In this document: positions 36,386-42,625 of the stretch, piece by piece | How the letters are laid out: every line of letters begins with the position of its first letter | Position numbering within the stretch: the stretch's first letter is position 1 | NCBI GenBank assembly: GCA_004356615.1 | Contig: SMWT01000159.1 | Coordinates: 1 to 42,625, forward strand | Direction of reading: 5' to 3' | DNA: 42,625 bases | Origin: Deltaproteobacteria bacterium | GTDB lineage: Bacteria; Bdellovibrionota; Bacteriovoracia; Bacteriovoracales; Bacteriovoracaceae | Notes under the pieces: model-generated | Told to the model about the DNA's origin: nothing | Database searches by the model: none | What the model saw: the letters and a program-made list of their open reading frames with translations, nothing else | Position numbers and translations under genes: made by a program

Positions 36386-36730
36386 ATGTCTATTGAAACA
36401 AACTCAGGAATATCAAACATCATAAAAAACATGGATGCAAATGCATGGATTAAGAAGGCCAAGATTGACCCCACTAAAGGGTTTACAGAGCTTACGCTAA
36501 AAGAAGGTGAGCAAACCTTTGGCCAAGTTCTCGGGAGTTATATTGGCAAGGTCAATGCCCTGCAAAACAAGGCCAATACTGCCATTGAAAAGTTGGTGAC
36601 GGGAAAAAGTAAAAATATTCATGAAACCATGCTGGCAGTGGAAAAAGCAGAAATTGCTTTTAAAACCATGAACCAAATTAGACTTAAAGTGATTGATGCA
36701 TATAGAGAGATCATGAAAATGCAAGTGTAA
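36386..36730 (+). CDS. fliE: Flagellar hook-basal body complex protein FliE
   Basis: 114 aa. The C-terminus HETMLAVEKAEIAFKTMNQIRLKVIDAYREIMKMQV matches the FliE signature. Confidence 0.9.
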   Translation: MSIETNSGISNIIKNMDANAWIKKAKIDPTKGFTELTLKEGEQTFGQVLGSYIGKVNALQNKANTAIEKLVTGKSKNIHETMLAVEKAEIAFKTMNQIRLKVIDAYREIMKMQV

Positions 36731-36741
36731 GGGAGTAGGCG

Positions 36742-38427
36742 TTGCAAGAATTTATACAGAGAATAGTTTCCAACTTCACTGACTTTTTCTCCCGTTTGGA
36801 TAATTCACGGAAGGTGGGGGCAATCGTCACCGCCGGTTTTATCCTCGCTGGTATGATTGGGATTATCATCTGGGCCTCGCAAACCCGCTATGCTACACTT
36901 TATACCGATTTAAATTCAGAAGACGCTAAAAAGATCAGTATTTTGCTAGAAGAAAAGAAAGTATCCTATCAACTGGACAATGATGGAAAAACCATAAAAA
37001 TACCTAAAGACATGGTTGATTTGTGGCGGATCCAGATGGCCACTTTGGGAGTGAATTTTTCCGGCACTTTGGGATATGAGATCTTAGATAAACAAAGCTT
37101 TGGAACCACCAGCTTTGTACAAAAAATAAATCGAAAAAGGGCCTTAGAGGGTGAGTTAATTAAGACCATCATGTATATTCGCGGGATCAAACGCGCCCGG
37201 GTTCATTTATCCATCCCCGAATCAAGTCCCTTTGTAGTAGAGAATAAAGCACCTTCAGCATCGGTTGTGCTGGAGCTCGATCGAGGAGTAAGGCTTACTT
37301 CCGAGGAGATAACAGGAATTGGTTCATTGGTATCGGCGGCAGTTGCAGGCATGAGGCCGGAAAATGTAGTGATTTTAAATGATCGGGGCAAGAAGCTTTC
37401 TGAAAATATCGGCGATCGCATGACCGAATATACCGCCAATCGTATGGCCCTTGAGGCCAAGTTATCTCGCCAATACGAGGAAAAAATCGAAGAGATCCTA
37501 TCAAAGATTGTAGGCGAGGGAAAAATTGTCGCCAAAGTTTCCGTGTCGATGGATTTTACTGAATCCATTTCCACCAGAACCGAGTACGATGCAGAAAACC
37601 CCGCAGTGATTTCAGAAGTTAGGAACATACAAACCCTAGATGGAAAAAGGCCTTCGCCGCAAGGAATTCCCGGTGCTAGAAGTAATCTGCCAGGCGAGCT
37701 CCCCCAACCAGGTATTCCGGAAACCAGTAACAAGGTAAAAAAAGAACTTACTACCAGAAATTATCAAATTCCTTCCATCGTCACCAAGGAGAAAAGGCCT
37801 ACCGCCGGACTTTCCAAAATCAGTGTTGCGGTAATGATAGATGGTAGAAGGGTTCCTCAATTAGATCAAAATGGTAAACCAATCATGAAAAATGGCCAAC
37901 AGGTGTTAATCTATGAGGCCTGGTCGAAAAGTGATTTAGATAATTTTAGCGCCATTGTAAGCTCAACTTTAGGGCTGGTTAAAAAAAGAGGAGATGACCT
38001 CACTATTAAAAGTATGGAGTTTGTAAAAGAAGATATAGAAGCGGCCCAGGTAATGCTTAGAGAAAATGCCAATAGAGAACTGGTTAAAAATATTATTAAA
38101 TATTTGGCCATAGGTCTGGCCATCACTTTATTTTTCTTTTTTGTAGTTAAGCCATTTATTCAGTGGGTGACCGATAATACTGTTGAATCTATTGAAGATT
38201 TCCTACCTAAAACACTGGAGGAATTGGAAAAGGTACAAACCAGTCAGAAACTACCAGGACTTGAAGATGTCCTGCCGCAAATAGAAGAGAAGATAAATCC
38301 GCAAAAGATTGAAGGAAACCTCTTGAAAGAAAAGATTGTCTCCGAGATAGAAGCGAACCCGGCCAAAGCAGCACAGGTGATTCATGAGATGATTCATGCG
38401 GCCGAGTCGGATAAATCAATAGCCTAG
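36742..38427 (+). CDS. fliF: Flagellar MS-ring protein FliF
   Basis: 561 aa. The TTG start has GGGAG 6 nt upstream. It has an N-terminal TM helix, YscJ/FliF-type segments (LYTDLNSEDAKKISILLEEKKVSYQL, ARVHLSIPESSPF), a second TM helix and a C-terminal tail. Confidence 0.93.
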   Translation: MQEFIQRIVSNFTDFFSRLDNSRKVGAIVTAGFILAGMIGIIIWASQTRYATLYTDLNSEDAKKISILLEEKKVSYQLDNDGKTIKIPKDMVDLWRIQMATLGVNFSGTLGYEILDKQSFGTTSFVQKINRKRALEGELIKTIMYIRGIKRARVHLSIPESSPFVVENKAPSASVVLELDRGVRLTSEEITGIGSLVSAAVAGMRPENVVILNDRGKKLSENIGDRMTEYTANRMALEAKLSRQYEEKIEEILSKIVGEGKIVAKVSVSMDFTESISTRTEYDAENPAVISEVRNIQTLDGKRPSPQGIPGARSNLPGELPQPGIPETSNKVKKELTTRNYQIPSIVTKEKRPTAGLSKISVAVMIDGRRVPQLDQNGKPIMKNGQQVLIYEAWSKSDLDNFSAIVSSTLGLVKKRGDDLTIKSMEFVKEDIEAAQVMLRENANRELVKNIIKYLAIGLAITLFFFFVVKPFIQWVTDNTVESIEDFLPKTLEELEKVQTSQKLPGLEDVLPQIEEKINPQKIEGNLLKEKIVSEIEANPAKAAQVIHEMIHAAESDKSIA

Positions 38428-38435
38428 GGGCAGGC

Positions 38436-39257
38436 ATGGAAAAAAATCAATTGGAAATTAGAGATTTCGTTTTCAATCCCCTCTCTGGTAAAGGGCAGGG
38501 AGACGTAGAGACTGTGGAATTTTCCCCGCTTGTGCCAAATCATTTGGCACAAAAGGAAAGGCTGGAGGAACTAGATAGGGAAGAGAAAATTGCTAATGCT
38601 AAGGGGTTTAATATTTTAGACTTGGCCAGGGAGCAACAGGAGCGAAAAAATCATAGGGAGCAGGAAAGAAAAGAAAAGATTAAAAGTGAGGTTTTAGGCA
38701 GATTAAAGATCGTGGAAAAAGAGACCTTTGAAAAGGCACATGAAGAAGGACTTAAGGCCGGTAAGGAAGAAATCGCTGCTGAGATCAAAGTTAAGGCCGA
38801 GAAGCAGTTAAATATTTTAACAAACCTTGTTGATGAGCTCCTCACCCACAAGGAAGAATTATTTAAGGAGCAAAAGAATCAGCTTCTATTCATGGTTAAA
38901 AACTTAGTCCAATGGATAATTCTGCGAGAATTAAAAGATGATGGAAATTATCTAGAAACATTACTTGAAAAACTTGTATCCGAGTTACAAACCCAGACCA
39001 ATTTAAATATTCAAGTGAATAAAAATGATTTTGAGAAGATGCCGGAAGTTTTAAACTCCCTGCAGAAAAAAATTGGCGAGCTTAAAAATGTTAGGTTGGT
39101 AATAGACCATGATCTACCGGAAAAGGGAATGTTACTAGACTCGGATAATGGCATGATAAAAAGCTCCACGAGTGAACAATTTCACGCCCTAGATAAGCTG
39201 TTTGAAAAAATAGGTGTTTTTAATAAAGATTTTACAGATGAGGGAAATGAAAACTGA
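38436..39257 (+). CDS. fliH: Flagellar export-apparatus protein FliH
   Basis: 273 aa. It has an E/K-rich coiled-coil middle (REQERKEKIKSEVL...AHEEGLKAGKEE) and a C-terminal VRLVIDHDLPEKGMLLDSDNGMIKSS segment, as in FliH/YscL. It sits directly upstream of fliI. Confidence 0.8.
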   Translation: MEKNQLEIRDFVFNPLSGKGQGDVETVEFSPLVPNHLAQKERLEELDREEKIANAKGFNILDLAREQQERKNHREQERKEKIKSEVLGRLKIVEKETFEKAHEEGLKAGKEEIAAEIKVKAEKQLNILTNLVDELLTHKEELFKEQKNQLLFMVKNLVQWIILRELKDDGNYLETLLEKLVSELQTQTNLNIQVNKNDFEKMPEVLNSLQKKIGELKNVRLVIDHDLPEKGMLLDSDNGMIKSSTSEQFHALDKLFEKIGVFNKDFTDEGNEN

Positions 39258-40602
39258 TTTGGATTTGAACCCACTCAATAAGGCATTTGAAAATACTTTG
39301 CCTTTTCAAAAAATTGGAAAAATTCATTCCAATAAGGGGATGGTATATGAAATCAGCCTGCCCCAGGCGATTATCGGTAGTCGGGTGGAATTTGTTACAG
39401 ATTATGGCCCAAAGTGCTTCGGAGAAGTCATCGCCCTTAGGGGAAAAAAATGTCTGGCCATGCCCTATGAGGAAATATCCGGGCTCAATTCAGAAACAAA
39501 AGTATATTTGCGAGACTTAACTACAGAAATTCAAATCTCTGATTCTATGTTGGGAAGAGTACTGGATTTTCAGGGCCGGCCGCTAGATAACAAAGGGGAA
39601 CTGCTGGGGAGTTTTGAGACCAGGTCTATTTATGGCACCCCCATAAATCCTCTAGATCGTCCTCCTATCAATTCCGCCATAACAACGGGAATACACTCAA
39701 TTGATTTTTTTATGACTGCAGGACAGGGTCAAAGACTGGCCATTATGTCTGGCTCCGGTGTGGGTAAATCCGTACTCTTAGGCATGATGGCAAGATTTAC
39801 CAACGCTGATGTATCAGTGATCGCGCTAGTAGGTGAAAGGGGCCGTGAAGTTTTAGAATTTATTGAAAGGGATTTAGGCCCTGAGGGATTAAAAAGATCG
39901 GTGGTCGTTGTGGCAACTTCTGATTGTTCACCCCTAATTCGGATGAAGGCGGCCTATACTGCTACCACTATCGCCGAGTATTTTCGTGATAAAAACAATC
40001 ATGTTATGTTTATGATGGATTCGATAACTAGATTTGCTATGGCCAATAGAGAAATATCTCTTGCAGCAGGAGAACCTCCAGGCCAAAAGGGATACACCCC
40101 TACAGTATTTTCAAGATTACCTAAACTTCTAGAAAGAGCGGGAACGAAAAGAGGATCAGGAACCATTACTGGAATGTATACGGTACTAGTGGAAGGTGGG
40201 GATATGGATGAGCCTATCGCCGATGCCATTCGGGCGATAGCTGATGGCCATATAATTTTAACTAGAGAGTTGGCGCAAAAAAATTATTTTCCGGCAGTGG
40301 ATATTTTAAGCTCTATATCACGGGTGATGAACCAGGTGGTTAAAGCTGACCACAAGGCCTTGGCCTCAAGGCTGCGTGACCTTTTGGCCGCTTATAAGGA
40401 CAGCATTGATTTAATAAATGTCGGGGCCTACGTCAGAGGTGCCAATCCCAAAGTGGACCTAGCGATTGAGCTCATTGACTCATTTGAAACACTGATGAAG
40501 CAGGATTTAGAAGAGCGAACTTCGGTGAGCATTAGTGAATTGTATGATCAGTTGGAACAAATAATTTTAATCGCCGAGAAAAAACTGACGAGTAGTGAAT
40601 AG
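39238..40602 (+). CDS. fliI: Flagellum-specific ATPase FliI
   Basis: Walker A SGSGVGKS, Walker B VMFMMDSITRFA and the YFPAVDILSSISR motif. The start is ambiguous between ATG 39238, ATG 39247 and GTG 39214. Confidence 0.95.
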   Translation: MREMKTDLDLNPLNKAFENTLPFQKIGKIHSNKGMVYEISLPQAIIGSRVEFVTDYGPKCFGEVIALRGKKCLAMPYEEISGLNSETKVYLRDLTTEIQISDSMLGRVLDFQGRPLDNKGELLGSFETRSIYGTPINPLDRPPINSAITTGIHSIDFFMTAGQGQRLAIMSGSGVGKSVLLGMMARFTNADVSVIALVGERGREVLEFIERDLGPEGLKRSVVVVATSDCSPLIRMKAAYTATTIAEYFRDKNNHVMFMMDSITRFAMANREISLAAGEPPGQKGYTPTVFSRLPKLLERAGTKRGSGTITGMYTVLVEGGDMDEPIADAIRAIADGHIILTRELAQKNYFPAVDILSSISRVMNQVVKADHKALASRLRDLLAAYKDSIDLINVGAYVRGANPKVDLAIELIDSFETLMKQDLEERTSVSISELYDQLEQIILIAEKKLTSSE

Positions 40603-41049
40603 ATGAAAAAGTTTAAGTTTCGACTAGATACGGTTTTAAAATTAAGAGAATTTGAAGAGAAAAAGGCGAAGATTAATTTAGGGAAAGTGATAACAAAGAT
40701 GGAGTATATTAAAAGAGAAATTGAGAAACTTAATAAAGAGATAGGTATGGGATATAGCGAAATGCAGGAGCTTTTAAAAGAGACGGTGGATGGAAGAACC
40801 CTTCAGTTTTTCCCTGCTTACTTCGCCGGCAAGGAGGCGATGATTAAATCCAAAAAAACTGAGCTTTCAAACTTAAATGAAGAATTGAATTTTAGAAGGT
40901 TGGAGCTTAGAAAAGCGGAAGGTGAATTTAAAAGCATCGATAAATTAAAAGAAAAAAGTTTTGAGAAATTTAAAGATGAGATCTTTAAAAAAGAACAAAA
41001 TGATTTAGATGATTACACCATTATGAAATATGGGAGAAGTCATGAGTAA
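40603..41049 (+). CDS. fliJ: Flagellar export chaperone FliJ
   Basis: 148-aa coiled coil starting MKKFKFRLDTVLKLREFEEKKAK. It begins immediately after the fliI stop. Confidence 0.8.
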   Translation: MKKFKFRLDTVLKLREFEEKKAKINLGKVITKMEYIKREIEKLNKEIGMGYSEMQELLKETVDGRTLQFFPAYFAGKEAMIKSKKTELSNLNEELNFRRLELRKAEGEFKSIDKLKEKSFEKFKDEIFKKEQNDLDDYTIMKYGRSHE

Positions 41050-41572
41050 GTGGATGATAATTTTTGGCATTGTTAGTTTGAGCTTAACCGCTCAGGAAAA
41101 ACCCAAGACCTATACAGAAGAACAGTTTAGGGCCGCCTTGCGAAAAGAGATGAGAAAGGAAATGGAAAACCTGGGTTCTAAAAAACTTGTTAAGTACTTT
41201 AAGGGACTATTAGATAAAGAGGAAATGATTGAGGCGAAAAAGAACAAGCTAGCACAAAGAGAAAAAATACTTTCCATGTCGATTAAGCAGTTTGAAAAGA
41301 GAATTAAGCTTTTAACCGGAAAGCAAAATAAAATTATTGGCTGTATCGATGAAATCAAAAAAGGTGAGGAAAATCGCATAAAAAATATGGTGGAAATCAT
41401 TTCCAACATGAAGGCCGACAAAGCGGCCGCAGTTCTTACTGTTCAGGATCCAGACATCACCATAAAAATTTTAAGGGGCCTTGACCCACTTAAGGTCTCA
41501 AAATTATTCAATCAGATGGACAAGGAAATATCTGCCCGACTACAAAAACAGTTTTTGACTATGAAAAGATAG
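41042..41572 (+). CDS. YlxF/FlbB-like flagellar protein with MgtE_N-like (MotE-type) segment
   Basis: ATG 41042 has GGGAGAAG upstream. It has a signal/anchor MSKWMIIFGIVSLSLTA and a coiled coil. The segment KADKAAAVLTVQDPDITIKILRGLDPLKVSKLFNQM resembles MgtE_N. It sits between fliJ and fliK, as ylxF does in Bacillus. Confidence 0.6.
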   Translation: MSKWMIIFGIVSLSLTAQEKPKTYTEEQFRAALRKEMRKEMENLGSKKLVKYFKGLLDKEEMIEAKKNKLAQREKILSMSIKQFEKRIKLLTGKQNKIIGCIDEIKKGEENRIKNMVEIISNMKADKAAAVLTVQDPDITIKILRGLDPLKVSKLFNQMDKEISARLQKQFLTMKR

Positions 41573-41599
41573 ACAGACAACTGGAAATGGGCAGAAAAA

Positions 41600-42577
41600 A
41601 TGATTGCAAGTGGAATTTCAAATATTAACCCTGCAGAGATTAAACCAAATGGGGAGACCGTATCCCCGGTAGAAGAGGGTGGAGCTGACTTTGGCTCCTT
41701 TTTAGAGGAAATGCAAAAAAGAGGGATTGCCCAAATTCAATTAACCTTACTTCCTGGAGGAAAAGTAGTGGAGTCCACGGAAGAGGTTAAGGAACTTAAT
41801 CTTGATTTTAAAGAAGCACCCAAAGAACCACCCAAAGAACCCTTGAAAACAGAAGATGAAAATTTAAAAGCATTTAAAAATAAACCCTTAGAAGAGTTAA
41901 AGGGGGATAAAAAAACAGCAAAACTTGAATCTAGCGATTTATTTTTATCCCAAAGAGAAATCTCTAAAACTGCAGAAAAAAATGAGGGATTAAATTCTTT
42001 CAGTAAGATTTTTAATGTTAAAAAGGAAAAATTTGAAAAAGCGGAAGAGGGTAGTGTTCTTTCGCTACTCGATGCTAAAAGCGAACTGGGCGAAACGAAG
42101 GCACCAAAAACCGCCGAGAAGCTACAATTTAACAACACCAAACAGTTATTTAATTGGATATCTAAACTGATTGCCAAAAATACCATCACCAATGGCCAAC
42201 AGCTCAGCTTAACCTTAAGGGATGGGACTTTGGGGCAGTTTAGTATTATGGCCAAATCCTTAGGGCAAAATGGTGAGTTAAATATGGAGATCCTCGCTCA
42301 ATCAGAAGCGGGCCGAGATTTTTTTAAAGGCAATGAAGTTGCCTTAATGAAGGCGCTTGAATCTGCCGGTATTAAGGTTTCAGATTTTAAAGTAGGACTA
42401 GCAGGCAGTAATAATTCTTTGGCCAATGATATGGCCAGCTTAATGAGTGATAGTAAAGAGGCTGCAGCAGAGCGGTTTGAAGAAAATATGTTTCAGCGAG
42501 AGGAACTTGACCAGGACTCTCGCCGCCGAAAAAGAATTTGGGATGAAATGCTTGAAAATCGAAGAAGGGGGGCCTGA
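41600..42577 (+). CDS. fliK: Flagellar hook-length control protein FliK
   Basis: The N-terminal half is K/E/P-rich and looks disordered. The C-terminal Flg_hook-like domain reads QLSLTLRDGTLGQFSIMAKSLGQNGELNMEILAQSEAGRDFFKGNEVALMKALESAGIKV. Confidence 0.75.
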   Translation: MIASGISNINPAEIKPNGETVSPVEEGGADFGSFLEEMQKRGIAQIQLTLLPGGKVVESTEEVKELNLDFKEAPKEPPKEPLKTEDENLKAFKNKPLEELKGDKKTAKLESSDLFLSQREISKTAEKNEGLNSFSKIFNVKKEKFEKAEEGSVLSLLDAKSELGETKAPKTAEKLQFNNTKQLFNWISKLIAKNTITNGQQLSLTLRDGTLGQFSIMAKSLGQNGELNMEILAQSEAGRDFFKGNEVALMKALESAGIKVSDFKVGLAGSNNSLANDMASLMSDSKEAAAERFEENMFQREELDQDSRRRKRIWDEMLENRRRGA

Positions 42578-42625
42578 TGACTAGAATGGGTAGGCCTGAG
42601 CTTAATAATAACTTCTCTAATAAAG
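42577..42625 (+). CDS. Partial ORF (5' end only), possibly flgD by synteny
   Basis: The ATG overlaps the fliK stop (TGATG). It translates MTRMGRPELNNNFSNK and runs off the window. The assignment rests only on the usual fliK-flgD order. Confidence 0.3.
   Translation, partial: MTRMGRPELNNNFSNK

Noticed and set aside
37203-37733. 176-aa ORF antisense to fliF. Similar long antisense ORFs lie at 41737-42255, 29460-29909, 25455-25817, 23196-23561, 1308-1694, 16769-17185 and 12326-12640.
   Set aside because: All lie entirely inside, and opposite to, well-supported conserved genes. Their composition is S/L/P-rich and low-complexity, as expected of shadow frames. They have no RBS or family resemblance.
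36742-38427. Possibility that fliF is a fliF-fliG fusion, which would explain the missing fliG
   Set aside because: At 561 aa the protein has the normal FliF length. It ends with the usual short C-terminal tail after the second TM helix. No FliG-like sequence is present.
1-42625. Scan for CRISPR arrays, tRNA/rRNA genes, IS elements and integrases
   Set aside because: No intergenic region exceeds about 185 nt. The only long repeat found is the recO duplication. No transposase- or integrase-like ORF appears in the track. tRNAscan, Infernal and a repeat finder would be needed for certainty.

Overview
This is a densely packed, low-GC chromosomal segment, almost entirely coding. I saw no rRNA, tRNA, CRISPR array or transposase. 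The host looks like a diderm, flagellated bacterium: LptF permease, MsbA-like exporter, RodZ, Mpl and rod/MS-ring genes are present. The gene content and the Bacillus/spirochaete-style flagellar gene order suggest a Bdellovibrionota or deltaproteobacterium-like lineage, but that is only a guess.

Gene order, left to right:
- 2-868: the tail of a DUF4143-type ATPase and a HigB/HigA-like toxin-antitoxin (TA) pair.
- 944-5927: trmL, pepA, lptF, rodZ and a PilW-like TPR lipoprotein.
- 6021-9725: a Trk/Ktr K+ uptake pair followed by an output-less HAMP-PAS protein.
- 9798-14981: lepA plus a coupled unknown gene, a secreted GP42-type (Pep-13 motif) transglutaminase-like protein fused to ankyrin repeats, and a flippase-like membrane protein.
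- 15021-17634: a nitrilase-family hydrolase, then nifU-like, GT-A-like and rsmE genes.
- 17640-22642: a minimal RecQ-like helicase coupled to recO, an Xre(DUF2384)/RES TA cassette, and an ABC exporter.
- 22719-30404: glyQS, ppdK, a serine hydrolase with mpl, metK and a small membrane protein.
- 30443-42625: a flagellar region. It runs EBP-like regulator (sigma-54 enhancer-binding-protein type), 880-aa TPR protein, second EBP-like regulator, flgB, flgC, fliE, fliF, fliH, fliI, fliJ, ylxF-like, fliK, then a partial ORF.

Most notable observations:
1. The Xre/RES TA cassette is inserted in the 3' end of recO and bracketed by 116-bp perfect direct repeats. It carries no recombinase.
2. The oomycete-type transglutaminase-elicitor domain fused to ankyrin repeats looks like a secreted effector.
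3. Two EBP-like regulators with deleted or degenerate sigma-54 contact loops and degenerate Walker B motifs sit in front of the flagellar operon.
4. fliG is absent from its canonical slot between fliF and fliH.
5. A stripped-down RecQ-like helicase overlaps recO at an ATGA junction.

All family calls rest on motif recognition by eye. No database search was run.
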